In this document: positions 12,301 to 27,300 of the stretch, piece by piece
How the letters are laid out: each line of letters opens with the position of its first letter
Position numbering within the stretch: position 1 is the stretch's first letter
Assembly: GCA_002633005.1 (NCBI GenBank)
Contig: NMRA01000272.1
Coordinates: 375,817 to 439,816, forward strand
Direction of reading: 5' to 3'
Origin: Phoronis australis
Taxonomy: Eukaryota > Animalia > Phoronida
DNA: 64,000 bases
Notes under the pieces: generated by a model
The model's database searches: none
Told to the model about the DNA's origin: nothing
Seen by the model: only the letters and a program-made list of their open reading frames with translations
Position numbers and translations under genes: made by a program

Positions 12301-15300
12301 TATGTGTGCATTGCTGGTGTCTTAAGGAGCTGGCAGATTTGGCAACAGTTCAAAAATGTATGAGTGTGCTAATGCTTTTAAAGAACCCTTGGATACTTTG
12401 GGTAAGAATTCAACAGCTAAACAGCAGTGAAGTTCTCCTTAAATTGAAAGGCGTCAGTAATAGAGTAGAGGAGAGTAAGTGCCTGACTTTGCCCAATGTT
12501 GTGGAAGTATACCTGATGAAAAGACTACAAAGATTGTTTAAAAGGATACTAAACCCTGTTTTGATGGCTTCAACCAATCCTGGTTCTGTCACCTGCTAAT
12601 GCATCATTGACGTCAATCTTTAAGGTAGGCAATAGGCATCACCTAAAAAATCATACTCACCATGTCACTGATTGGATATTGTGGTCCTTGGTGGGACGTC
12701 TTTTCCCACAATTACCGTGTAATTCACTAAAAGTGTAGATCACACTTGCCAGTTTAGCAAACTTTGAAAGGAGTTTTCAAATTTTCTTCCATACCTTTAA
12801 GGATTGTCGAGGGTTACAGAGCTTTATTTTGTTTCAGAGAACTGGATAAGAAGGTTGTTTTTACTATCTGTTAATAAGCCAAAGCTGGGTTTGGTATCCT
12901 TTTAATTTTACAATTGGTACAAACTACATATTGGGGTGTCACTGTCACAGTTCTAGGAACAGAAAAAATATTAGTCATCACCATGAAAATGAACTAATTA
13001 CATTCTGACAAAATTACTAATTAGATATTGAAAGTGAACACACTCAGTTATCTGACACATCACCTACTTTTGTGACCGAAAGCACTTCCCAAATTAAACT
13101 GTGCTAAACAGCACTTTTCATAAAATAAACGGTATAGATTTTTGATTTATATCACTTTCTTCAATTAACCTGGTTCCTGTTTGTTACTCAGCTAGGACAT
13201 GTTTGTGGGCTTTGAATGAACTGAGGGTATGTTGATGCTTGATCGTATTCATGCTCAGCGCTTAAAATGGCCGACCATGGCAAGCCATCTTGTTGAGCCT
13301 GCGATTAAACTCTAGTCAACTTTTAGCTCATTGCTCTAAGTTTAGACATTGGATCTAGTTTGAGAAAGGAAGAAATTGAGACAAATTCCATTACTTTAAG
13401 TGGTCTTAACAATTTCAATTGAAAAAGGAAGACAATGAAGTTGCTATGGTAGAGTAAATGCACCTGCGGAGAAGGTTTTTGACACCAAAACGGGTTTATA
13501 TCTAGCCTTTAAGGTTGGTTAAGATCCTAGAAAGAGGCCCAAATTTGGCTAACTCTGGGATATTATATCTCACAAATAGCTGGATTCATATGAAACTTTC
13601 AAATACAATGTTATGTATGCATCACTGTTAGGAATTATTTTTTCAATCGATCCACTTTCACATTAAGGGTTTATCAAAAATATTACATTTTTACGAAAAA
13701 ATATCCAATAAAGTTNCAAACAAACCACATTCACTGAGCCTACGTGCAATGCCCACCTACAAAATGCCCCCAAACTTGGCCTACCTCAAAATTTCTATAT
13801 TTTGGCAGTGCAAATTGGCCGCGGCCGCACCCTAACTATTCAGTGCCACCTAACTCTGGGATATTATATCTCACAAATAGCTGGATTCATATGAAACTTT
13901 CAAATACAATGTTATGTATGCATCACTGTTAGGAATTATTTTTTCAATCGATCCACTTTCACATTAAGGGTTTATCAAAAATATTACATTTTTACGAAAA
14001 AATATCCAATAAAGTTGCATAAAATGAAAAGGAAATTATAAGTTTAGAAAACTAGCTGCATTTTTGAGATTTTTTCTTGTAACATTTAAATCAAATGAAA
14101 TTTGGTCTTTCAATTGACATGGTTGAACTTTGCTATACGATTGCACCTTTTCCGCAGTTTTTCTGGAAAGACATGGTCGAGTGACCCAATCAACAGCAGA
14201 TTGGTTTAGAGCCAAAAATCAAATTGTGCAGGATTTCAGAACACATAGTTAAACTTGTAACTTTTTAAGCTTATAGAATAAAAAAGCAGACATTTTGTGC
14301 AAAAAAATTGGTTTTGGAATTTCGGCAATCTACATGAACATCATATGATTTTTAAATAAAAGAAAAAATACAGTGGTGTTGCGGTTATGAACATCTGAGC
14401 ATTGCTTTTGTGCTCTTGATAAAATTCTATGATCACCAAGGATTTGAATTATTTATAAGTTCATGGGTGTACTTTAAAAGTTATTTAAGAAATTATGTGC
14501 ATCGTTAGGCTTGGTAAACAAGGTATCCTGTAACCAAAATACTGTAGAGATAAAAGTTCATGTGTTATATCTATGTGCCAGACATGCAAAACAGTCCTGA
14601 AAGCACCCCTGTGTTAGCTTTTTCGAGCCTTGTTTCCTGGAACTCCCATGTTGGGAACTCTTATGGATATCTCTAGTACAGTATTTGTGTTACCAATAGG
14701 GTTTACTTTATTTGCTACATATGGATAACCTATGAAAATTCTGTTTGATCTGCTAGTCAGTTTTCCTTTTTTAATTCATTTCAGCTTTGCCGTAACAAGT
14801 AAACATGAAGCTTTTTACACATCTGGGAAAATACAGGTAATTGGCATGGTTGCATTATCTTATGTTGAATTTTAAGTCTGTTGATAATTCAAGTTTGTTG
14901 TGATAATAGACAACAGAAGCTGGTGTGCTCATGCATGTTCTTGCGTTTCCGTGAGGTTTTCACGTTTTCTTGAGTTTCTCGTGTGTACTGAATGCAGGCC
15001 AGACTTTATATAAGCCATACATGGTCATGGTCAGTTTGCTTTGCATCATGCTGACATAACAGTTGTGAGTTCTGTGTCTGTTTTAGGTGTCTAGGGACGG
15101 GCTCCATATACTGTGTGGCTGTGGTAATAAAGTGAATGTGATGAACGTACAGACGGGTTGTAAGGAGCACGAGATTGGACAGGTAAGCAACTGACTGGTG
15201 TCTACAGTTTGAAAGTGCTTAATGTACTCATAATGAGTTTATGGCCTGTAGTTGTTCTACTACTAACCAGTCACTCAACATGACGCTATCTGGATTTTGT

Positions 15301-18300
15301 TCTACTGACAAAAATTATAAATAAATAATTATAAGAACATTTATTTCAGTTCAGTTGTTTACAAAAAAAAAATCATTTGGATGAATGCAGTTGGAAACCT
15401 TGATCTCCTGTTTTCACAAGTTTGCTTAAATTTCTTTTTGGTTTTGAAAATTAGCCAATCTGATGTGGAATTCTACAAAACTGACGTGGTGAGTGACTGC
15501 CTTGGTTGTTTTCGATTTTAGAGTTAAGACTGTAAAGAACTCGTAGATTTGAACATAACTCCAGTTTCCAATTCATTTCACACCATGAGAGTTACATATT
15601 CAGGTTTTTCACTTCGGGTCTATTTTTGAAGGATGTTCGTAAATATGGGTACCAGTTGTTGGGCCGTATTCCCACTTACCATAATATGGGTACCAGTTGT
15701 TGGACCGTATCCCCACTTACCATGATATGGGTACCAGTTGTTGGGCCGTATCCCCACTTACCATAATATGGGTACCAGTTGTTGGGCCGTATCCCCACTT
15801 ACCATNNNNNNNNNNNNNNNNNNNNNNNNNNNNNNNNNNNNNNNNNNNNNNNNNNNNNNNNNNNNNNNNNNNNNNNNNNNNNNNNNNNNNNNNNNNNNNN
15901 NNNNNNNNNNNNNNNNNNNNGCTGTATCCCCACTTACCATAATATGGGTACCAGTTGTTGGGCTGTATCCCCACTTACCATAATATGGGTACCAGTTGTT
16001 GGGTTGTATCCTTATTTACCATAATATGGGTACCAGTTGTTGTGCTGTATCCCCACTTACCATAATATGGGTACCAGTTGTTGGGCTGTATCCCCACTTA
16101 CCATAATATGGGTACCAGTTGTTGGGTTGTATCCTTATTTACCATAATATGGGTACCAGTTGTTGTGCTGTATCCCCACTTACCATAATATGGGTACCAG
16201 TTGTTGGGCTGTATCCCCACTTACCATAATATGGGTACCAGTTGTTGGGTTGTATCCTTATTTACCATAATATTGGTACCAGTTGTTGTGCTGTATCCCC
16301 ACTTACCATAATATGGGTACCAGTTGTTGGGCTGTATCCCCACTTACCATAATATGGGTACCAGTTGTTGGGTTGTATCCTTATTTACCATATTGATGCA
16401 CTATGCAGCAGCAAATCATGCCTAAGTATGGAGATTTTACTTTGTTTCAGAACTTTACTTGATCTTGAGACTACTCGGTCTTCTTGTCAAAAGTAGAAGT
16501 TTGTTTTCCCACTATTGATTGACTAAGTCGAAACGTTTTTGTTTCAGAAGTACAGATTAACTAATAAACCCAGATAGCATTTCAAAATGGTCCTGTGTTT
16601 CTTCAGGTCACCTTTTCTGGTCAGTGGAACTTCACAGCTGTGTTATCTGACTGGCAGGTCTTGTTAAAACAGCCTTTTGAGCAGATATTTGACATTATAA
16701 TACTTGAATTATGACATCATTTTCAGTTTTTGCATAGACTTCAATGAAATATTGTGTCTTGTCTTTTTACCATGTATTGAAGCTTCTGATGTACAGGCAC
16801 TTTTGTTTCAGTTTTTGTCCAAGGCGAGTAAACCTTCTAAGCAATGCATTACATTTCACTAATACAATATTACATTATTTTTCAGGATGATGATCCGGAT
16901 GTCACCAGTTTTGTTCTAAGTCCAGATGAAGAGGTAAGCTTTTGATTTAGCATGCTCCTTTTTACCCATGAATCACTTACCAGTCACGTGTTTCCCGTGA
17001 CTTGCTCATAATCAGACACTGTATTCCATCATACTCTCTTCTGTCATTAAATGAGAACACATCCAGCGAGTCTTAAGGCTCATAAAATACAAAATCAAAC
17101 ATCAACTAAATGTTAATATTAGTGTCGGTCAAGACATACTGAACAAGATTCAATTTACTTCAATTCCTTTTGTTGCAGTTTGTGGTTGTGGCTTTACAAA
17201 ATTTGGTTCTGAAACAGTGGCGATGGAAAGACCAGACACTAGTCAGGTCTTGGAAGGTATGTGTCTGTACCTGTCTATGTGTGAAGGATTGATCAATGGC
17301 AAAAATATGCTACCAATACATTATTTGTACATTAAACCATTTACAGCTGAAATTGTCCTGGACGCTGATGTCATCCAATTTGTATATGAACTTAATAATG
17401 TCTTATAGTTTACATAATATTAAAGTCTGTTTAAATGGCTGGCTAACTTTTGTCTCTTTTTGTACACGTTTTGTTTATTTATGGTTGAATAAGATACTTG
17501 CTGTTGACCAAGATTCTTATTATTTTGCTGAAAGTACAGAAGAGTAATTGGTTACACTATCATGGTCAGTTCATTAAGGGGGTTCAGCACAGTTGTCTTC
17601 TTGTCCTTGTTGACTAATTGATAAATATGTGAAAGAATATTATTACTTCCGAAGTTAGTTTTCAAAAATGGGATCATGCTGAACAGGAGAATAGGCAGAA
17701 ACACAACTGTAGACATAAAGTGTCTTAATTTGGGGTTAAACAGCAAATTTTAATTTGTAGAAGAAACTTCTTGTTTTGATAAATTCACGTCAGCAAAACT
17801 TATTTCACCATTGCAACCACATAGCATAATTGGCAGCTAGTCAGATACAGTTGGGCAATTGGTTCTTGAAATTGACATGCTTTCTCATGTGACCCAGGAT
17901 AATTATGACTCTGAAATATGAGTTTATAACTTCATAATTTTCCCAATTCATGTAATGATTGATGTTGGAATACGTCTGTTCAGGCCATCCACACAGCTCC
18001 CATCCTCACCATGACCTTTGACACGACCTCGACCTTAGTGGCCACAGGAAGTAGTGACTCTACCATCAAGGTGTGGGATGTTATTCAACAATACTGTACA
18101 CACAACCTCAGAGGCCATCAAGGTGTTGTCACGTATGTATGCCATCAAGTTCTGACATGGGTGGTTGTCTCGATTGTGGAATATGTGGTGCTCACGTATG
18201 AACATTCTGGAAACAAAGAAAATGGGATTTCATGCTTGGAAATTAAAATGGGCTTTAATAAACTCATGGCATGGAAAATTAAAAAGGGAAATAGCTCAAC

Positions 18301-21300
18301 ATTGAAGAAAAATAGTTTTACAAAAATTAGTTTTGCATGTCATATTGCATTTTCATGCATTCGGTTATACTTGCTTGACAACAATGATTAACAGACATTT
18401 GTGTACGTCTGCTTTTTATGAGAAAAAATAACCCATGGAAAATGAAACGTATGCCAAGCAATACTCTTAGGAAGTGAAAACACATTAGCATAAGGGGTCT
18501 AATGAAATTGTTTAGTGGCACAAGTTTCACTCAGCACAGAGGAAGAATACGATCATATTTCTCAACTTTATTTCAGTCTACTTACTTGTGACAGTGCATA
18601 TCGTACATCTTTGTAGCTACTGGTATACAGTATAATCTCATCAAATTTTGGACAATTGCCAAAAATGTTTTTTAAAAAAATTTTCAAGAGGTTCTACCAT
18701 GGTTGTAAATGCTTATAATTTTTCTTTTTTTCTTTTGCAAGCTATGGTATACAACTTGAACATGGAAAAGCATTACTTTGGCTATGTGTATCTTTTATGG
18801 AAAAATGAGAAAACAAAATTTTGCTTCCCAAATTAGTGATATTTTACAGTAATGTATTATTTTCTGTGAGGTTGAACAACACAGCACACGGTGGGATACA
18901 TGAAATCTTGCTGAGGTGTTAAATTCGTGCTCCTAACCTTGATAACCTCTGGTGATCTCTTCATTGTGAGTAAATTAGGAAAGAACCATGTAATTTCTTC
19001 ACAATTAATGGGTTGGCAAAATCTCATGCAGTTTGGTTTTGTCAATGTTGTGGCTAAATTTAAGAAAATTGGAAGAAAATAGATGGTAAACGATTAAAGA
19101 ATTTATTTCATAGGCAGCAGTATATTCTTTTAAATTTTATAAATTTTTGTTTATAATCAGTCCTGTCATTTTAAACTATTCCATTTCACTCCACTGCATC
19201 TCCATGAAGTTACTTCATGACTCGGTGTTAATCCCAACAGGGTAGTCAGGTTTCACCCAGACACCTCCAAGCTGCAGCTGTACACTGCCGCTGAAGACTA
19301 CAAGATCCGAGTATGGGATCTGAAGACGAGCTCCTGTATAGCCATCCTGGATAAGCACTACAGTGTTATCACAAGTCTGGAGTTTACGAATAACAATACA
19401 CAGTTACTCAGGTTAGTAGCAGGGTCAAGAAACAGTTCAGCACCTGAACTTATTTGCATACATGGGATTTTCAAATTCACAGTAAATGTACTGAAATGAG
19501 CTTTTCTTAGTTTTTTTGGAAAGTTAAGTGTGCATACATGTTTGAGGTGAGTTGAATTAGTAAATTTGCACCCTTCTCATTGTGTAAACTTCTTGATGTC
19601 GGTATTGCATCTCAAAGTGCACCAGTAAAACATCATTGACATTAGAAGAAAGAATATCATAAAAGTTTTGGTGTGGAAAAGTGATGTGATCAGTTGATGC
19701 ACTGTGTCATACGTGACACAGCACTCTAGCTATTGTTGAGAGTGCAAAGACATTATTGTTCTTCATAGTTAGCTCTATGAAACAGACCTCATTTATTTGT
19801 GATTAGTTTGTTAGTTTGTCTTAATCCAGTTTGTAACCAGTTTATTTTTACTGTATTACAGTGCAGGTAGAGACAGTGTGCTAATACTATGGGAGTTGTC
19901 CTCATTTGAAGCCACAAAGACTGTTCCTGTGTATGAGGTAAATCACTTCATGAAGCACTGCGTGGGCACTTGCGAGCATCTTGAAATTTACTTGGTGACA
20001 CTAGTAAAATAATGGTCTTCTGTATTGATGTGCACTCGTACATACAAGTCCAGAATACCTGTCATGGTATTTTGTTTGGTTATCTTTGGCTGTACTATAC
20101 CAGAAATAAGAAAACCTGGAGAATCGTTTCAATTCAATGATAATTTTATGACATAAGAGGATTGGTGTTCACTGCGAGTCAACTTGCTTAATGCAGGTTG
20201 TTCGTAGTGTAGCCAGGTGCCTCTTGATATTTGTTTACTGTGACTTAATCAACCATTATTGATTAGTATATTGTTGGCAATATCACTGGGAGACATTGCA
20301 TATTTTTATTACATGTTATTTTGTAGGCTGTGGAGTCTGTCGTGCTCCTAAGTAACCCAGAAATGATGTCTCAAATGAGCCTCCCCAAGAGTGGGCAATG
20401 CTGTCTGACTGGTGGCAGCAAAGGGATGCTGAGGCTGTGGGACCTTTCATCAGGCAAATGTGTACATGAGCAGACTGAGGCAGCTGTGGTGAAACAGCCT
20501 TCTGCAGAAGAACATGATCCTGCTATTATACAAGCCTTTATTGTAGCCACCTCTGGTGTAGTTGTTGTGGTTACGTTTGACTACAATATTCTTCTCTACC
20601 ACCAGGCAGACTTATCGTTGTCTAAACAGGTACATTGCAGTCATTATTCTCCTTAAGACAAGTTCACGTGATTTGAAATATGTTGTGCCTGTTTTTGAAA
20701 TCGTATTATAAGTAAAATGGTTGAAATTCAGTGTATGTATTGTCCTAGTTTGTTAAAATGTGAGACCGTCAGTTGGAGCGAAAATTATAAGCTTTGTTTC
20801 TTCAAAGTAGAATAAATTGAGTTTTTGTATCCTGACAAGGAAGCAGTCATTTAGCTCCACCCAGTCTATAATGTAATCATGAATCAACAAAGGTGGTACT
20901 GTAAAAGTAATATGTTAGTTTTGTTTCATACTCTTATGACTAAAATGTAGTACTTGTTTTTGTATACGTTTTACCATTAATGTAGAAGTTCTTTTTATTC
21001 TAACTAGTGCTTGATTATTATGCCGTCATGTTAATTTATACTAAAATGTACTTTTCCAATATACACTTTAAACAATATTTTGATGGAGGAATATAATTTT
21101 TTCTAGTTTTGTGGATACAACGATGAGATTCTTGACTTGAGTTATCTTGGCGCTGACGATAGTCACATTGTAGTGGCTACTAACAGTGACCAGCTGAAAG
21201 TATTTGAATTGGCCACATGGAACTGCCACATTGCACGTGGCCACACAGACATAGTGTTGTGTCTACAGGCAGTTGGAGATATGTTCGTCACTAGTTCTAA

Positions 21301-24300
21301 GGTTTGTAGCAATTAGATGAGTAAAGGATTTAACTAGAGGATGTTGCAGCACTTTTAAGTGAGTTTTTTGGTTTGGATTCTTGTCACATGACTTGTTATG
21401 TGCTTAATGTGAACACCTGATTCTCTCTCTTTTGGTAACCAAACTGCTTATAATTTGTTGTATTCATTGACTCAAGGTTTTTACATTTAAGAGGATTCCT
21501 CTTCTTTTGGTTTTGTTTTGCTCTTATTCGAGTTCCAGTTTCCTGTTATTCATGCAAAAACATTTATTCAGTTAAAATTTACGACTGACAAAAAATATTT
21601 CTATCACACAAGCCTATTTAATTGTGGAACGATACATCACCTGGAAAAATTTCCTCTTTTTTGTCATCGGTCATTCCAAGCCCTGTTCTCTCTAATTGTT
21701 GATTTAGACCAATTACCGTTGAAGATTGCTGTCGACTTGTTCCTACTTAAATTTGTTGCATTATGGGATTGGGAAGAACTAATGGTTTGTCGCTTAAAAT
21801 TTTGCGTGAGCCAACAGGACAAGGTTTGAGTTGAGCCTGGTCTCGAGCAATAATGAAAAACCAGATATTGCCAAGCCCTGAATTAACCTGAATAAGAAGT
21901 AGATTTTGACCAGTTTTGTACCGTCAAGTGTTCTAAATCGAAAGTTTATTTGACACAATTTTGAATTAATAACAAAATGTTATTTCCAGGACATGTCGAT
22001 ACGATTGTGGAAGTTTGACCCTCAGGCCCAGAAGATAGTATGTGTAGGGGTTGGTCTCGGTCACACAAGTGCTGTAGGCTCTGTAACGTTATCCAGGTAT
22101 TCATGGTTATCTGTCTGTGTCTGCAATCTTTAAAAATTGCCGAATTCCTGTTTTTATCAATTCTGATTGATTTTGAATTGAAACTAGATGAGATTTTGAA
22201 GTTTTCTCATTTTTTTTGAACAAACGCATCTATTTTTAATTGAAAAAAAACTTGTCCAAGGTGGCCACAGCTACTAATATTCCTCTTAAAGACTACCACG
22301 TGACTCATATTTCTCCTGTGTAGAATAGCCAAATGGAGACAGAAACTGAAATGTTGGTGACTTCAGCGCTTGATCATAAATATTAACTCATTGTTTTTAA
22401 TTGATAATTAAGTAAAGCCTTGGCAAATTCGCTGCTGTTTGTTTTGAATTCTAACTGCTCCCGTAGAGCATTCCACCTTACCCATCTAATACAACCCAAT
22501 AGCAAGTTCCCTATTCGTTTTTATGTTCAGCGACCACTGAGTCAATTCCATCTTTTGATCTGCAATCCAAACGTGCTTGGCAGAGTTCAAGTTGAGGTCA
22601 CTGGCATTTGATTGAAAATGTTTTAGATTTTTACATGGATCCCAATTAAGTTTTTCCGCCATTTTTTTAAAGAATATTAGGAGATTGTTTGGTATCTTGA
22701 CCAAAGGTCACGACTAGTTTTAATACAAAACATGCAAAAGTTTAATATACTTTTTACTTAAATTTTGGCTTTCTTATTCTACAGTCTTGCGCCTAGCAAC
22801 TTTAATTTGGATATTTTGCAAATGATAGTGTCAAGGTGCTGGTGATAAAAAAATTCACCTGTTGATTTAGACAGCAAAACTGCCAGCCAGTTTCTTTGAA
22901 ATTGAAGAATTTGTTGGAAGAATTTACATTAGTTTGCTTCTGACAACTGTGCAAATGTCCAACTGTTGTGTGTGTGGTCGGTTTACATTCATTTGGGACT
23001 CCAGATGGCGCACCACTGATTGAGAACAAAGCATAGCATCCATGATGAGTTCAGGCTGCAGACTCTCACTAGTGAAGCTTAGTATTTGATCTGACGACCT
23101 GTCGACCACTGCGTTTATGTATTTCTGTGTGTTCAGTCCTAACTTGAGTAAGGGAAAGATAGTGAATGTGGTTGAGGAGGATGAATCACTTGATTGTTGT
23201 AACACTGATATGGTTGAGCTTCTCACAGACTGTGTTGCACCTGTCTTTCATTGTCTTTGTGTTCTTTCAGGCTGTCTCGCTCGTTTGTTGTGTCTGGTGG
23301 TCAAGACTTCACTGTCAAACTGTGGTCCGTCCCCAACTCTGCTGAGGAGACGTCTCTGCAGGCTAGTGCTACACAGAAGGCCCATGACAAAGACATCAAC
23401 TCAGTCACAGTGTCACCTAATGACAAACTGATTGCCACTGGTTCACAAGATAAGACGGCCAAGGTTACTAGTTATCTTTATTAGTGGGAAATGTAATAAA
23501 ACAGGATACGCAGTTCTTTTGATTGACTGGAGATTTAATCATTGTAGAGCAACTCCCAGGGCATTTGATTGGAGAAACTAAAAAATGAGGGTGGACATAA
23601 ATCTGAGTGTGGTAGCAATGTGGGTTAGGTGTTGGATGTGGGCATTAACAAACCCGTTAATGTGGATGGGTTTGTGTTGTTGTAAAGTTTCTGTTTTTTT
23701 TCTCCCATTTATGTCTTACTTGATGTTGCTGAAGTGCTCAATATGTGCAAAATTGTATGAAAACCAATCATTTGTAGAACAGTACAACTGACATTTTTCT
23801 GTAGGTGATTTTTGGCTGTTTGCAGTGTTTTCAGGTTCACTGTTAGTTAATAAGCCAGTCACGCTTGGACTAATGTTTCTAATAGAGCCACTGCAAACAC
23901 TCACTAATAGACCCACTGCAAACACTTACTAATCCACGCTGCTAAGTAAAAACATTACTGTTAGAGAAGTAGTGGGCTATGAATCCATGTGATTTGGAGA
24001 ATCTCACTCTTGTTTTGTACCATCTTTTTCATTGAAGCCCAGTTGTTATTCAAAAGTTCATTGCTTTGATCCGTTTCAGTTGTGGAGTGCCTCTAACTTA
24101 TCACTGATTGGTGTGATGAGAGGTCACAGGAGGGCTATTTGGTGTGTCCAGTTCTCACCTGTAGACCAGGTAGGCATCGTACTCATGTCAATAGTATTGT
24201 TATTTTTGGGGATTGGTACGCGACAACATTTATTTGTGTCACTATCTCAATGTAGGTTAAATCAGTCGCGAAGAAAGTAGTAGATTTTTTTTTAAAAGTG

Positions 24301-27300
24301 CCACTTGCATGCGATTTTCAACCAAGTTGTTTTACTGAATAGTCTTGCCATAGGGGTTGTGTAGGATATGAGGTGACATGATCGTTCAAAGGGGCTACTG
24401 GATTGATTGTCCAAAGGCGTGTTTTCGTAGTAGTCCCGTAGAAAACTGGGTTCCTGTTGGCAATGCAGCATAGCTTGTTGTCACGGTATTCTTTGCAATA
24501 TCATTGATGCTAGTTGTCATATTTGGCATAATTTCAGTGTTTAGCCACTGCCTCGGCAGACGGTATTATCAAGATCTGGTCACTCACAGACTTCTCATGT
24601 GTCAAGGTAAACAACGTTTGGCAGCTGTTCAAGTTCATCTAACACTGACATGTCAGACGAGCATTCTTCTCAGCATATAATGAAATAGAGAAGTAATGTA
24701 ATAAGTAATCGCTATAATATTAAAAAAAATTTAAAAGTTTTGTCCATATGTTTGAAAGGTTACAAAGAATGGAGTTAGTGGTTTTAACACATTGTATATT
24801 AAATTGGACTGTAGACCTTCACACCGTCTACTATTATGTATTAATTTTATTGTACTTTCAGACTTTTGAAGGCCATGACGCCTCTGTACTGCAGGTTCAG
24901 TTTGTGTCCAGAGGCATGCAGCTGTTATCAAGGTAAAAGAGTCATTGCATGATAAAAGTAATCAGACAAAATACGGTTTCCCCCGCCATAACTATTAAAT
25001 CTGGTAACAGCAAAAACGACTGANATAACGATTAAATCTGGTAACAGCAAAAATGACTGATAATGACTTTATGGCAGCAAAATTCTAACTACAGAATGGG
25101 TTAGCCACCTTATCAATTTCCTGTAAATAGGGTCATCCTAGATTACACAGCGGCACTCAATTCTTGCGGTGTTTACCCACAATGCTGTACACATCCGTCA
25201 GGCACAGTTGCTGCCTCGTTTTTGTGCTTTTGGAGATTCACATGACATTTGCTGTTGTCTGATTCAGGATTTTCTCAGTTGCATTACTCTATTTGTCCTT
25301 CCAATGCCAACAAAGTATTATTGCTGTTCTGTGGGTTTTAACTTCGACGTGAGAAAGTTTCATAAACGGGGATGCGTGATCTGAAATTTTTCACCTTCAC
25401 AACATCAATGAGAGACACGAAAACGTGCCTGATTTCCAAAACTAGGTCACGCACTTTCTTATCTCCTGGACAAAAGAGTGTTCTATTGCTGTGTAATTTG
25501 ACATAGCCCTATTCCCTTTCATTCTCGGTCATGAGGGAAGGCACACGGTTTCTACCCAGTCGTCATGACAGAGTTCTGGGTCATTTTGTCGTAATATTTC
25601 TTGTGTGTACTTTAGCTGTGGGGAACTGGTAGTGCTATTTTGTATTATTTCAGAACTTGAATTATCTCGTCAATTGTTCAGTGTAAAATCAAAACATACA
25701 ACCACTCTCCATTCAAACATGTGTCTCCTAATGTAACAGCCATACAAGTTGCGTTCCTGGATTGTGCCCTCGCTATGTTGGTTTAAAGATTAGAAAATTG
25801 AGTAATGCAATTATTAATAAGTGTATTGTTCAATTAAACAGTGGTTCTGATGGTCTAGTTAAGCTGTGGACAATCAAGACAAATGAATGTGTGAAGACAC
25901 TGGATGAACATGAAGACAAAGCTTGGGCACTGACTGTCAGCAGAAATGAACAGCAGTTTATCACAGGGGGCGCTGACTCAAACATTATAGTTTGGAAGGT
26001 AAGAGAGCAGTCCTATAGAGGGAGTGTTAATATGGATGATGACCAGCAATTCATTATGGGAGGTGCTGACTCCTGTATCATATTCTGGAAAGTGAAGGAA
26101 TTATCCAATAGAGCAGAGGCCGACTACTTTTTTGTTTAATGGGCCATATTTCACATATATATGACCACTGAAGCCTCATAAAAAGAAAATTTGAAGTCTA
26201 CATTGTTGAGATGTTTGTCTAATTTTCTATTGACTCACCACATGTTGGCTTGCAGGGACAAGTTTACACTGTGTGACTGCAAACTAAGGTTTTTCTTGGT
26301 AAATAATTTCCCCTAAAACCTGTAATTACTATAATTCAACAAAATTTTCTCTCGTGTGAAATCTCTTTATACAAGCAGTCAATCCTGATGTTGTAAACAC
26401 CATGTATCTATGGAAAATAACAATATAGTGTAGTTTGACTGATAAACCTCAATCACTCAATTATGTAAAACAAAAGTAATTTATTGTTATGTTGAGATTG
26501 AGCTAGATGAACTGATGGCATAAAGTGCTTGTAGAGTTTTGATAGATCTCTTGACCGTGTTTTAATTAGACGTTGCGCTTTCTTGTAATATGGGCAAACG
26601 TGTTTAGAGTGTTATTCTTACTGTACGTAACAAGTCATTAGAACTGTTTTGCATTTCAGGATGTTACTGACTCTGAGCTGCAAGAGGTTCAAGCTAAAGA
26701 GGAGGAGTTAATTATCAAGTAAGACAGTTTGAGGTGTTTCATTGTTATGTTTTATTGTTAGTAATGGCAGGCATTGCAACTTTGAGTTGAATATTGTTAA
26801 AGGAACCATACTCATGTTGGGTGGAGGTGCAGCGGACACGTATCAGTCATGCTGTGAAGAATTAACCTTTGACCTAGTTACTGTGTGTATGCTACCACAC
26901 AGTATTCAAAAGAATATGTGATATGTCATTGAATGAGTTTTGATTAATTAAAAGTATTCGCAGACTTCAAATGAGATGCTGTCTAATTCACCTGACGTAT
27001 TAAGTGGAATAATGTCAGTTGAAGTCAGTCACATGTAATAAATAGTGTAAGGAGAATTGATAAATCAAGACCCTATTGAAAACAATAACTCTTAATTCAG
27101 TGAAAATTCTGAGCAATAGCTACTTTCCTTTAGATTAGAAACTACTTGTGGGAGCCTGTCTGTAATAATGATATCATTCTATTAATTAACTTGTTTATGA
27201 AACATAACATTGAGTAGTAACAGTTACTTGCAGTAATGACACTACTTGCTAAATACGTAAAAACTCCTGGAGGTAGGAGAAAGGAAGTGACTAGTTTATA

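Noticed and set aside
15642-16392. CRISPR-like array
   Set aside because: Contiguous tandem units with no unique spacers, in a eukaryotic intron, with no cas genes.
23042-23094. Intronic C/D box snoRNA candidates (ATGATGA...CTGA here and near 29675-29726)
   Set aside because: Only ~50 nt, with no convincing terminal stem or recognisable rRNA antisense element.
24990-25070. Short direct duplication
   Set aside because: Straddles a single N, so likely a contig-overlap artefact, as at 13716.
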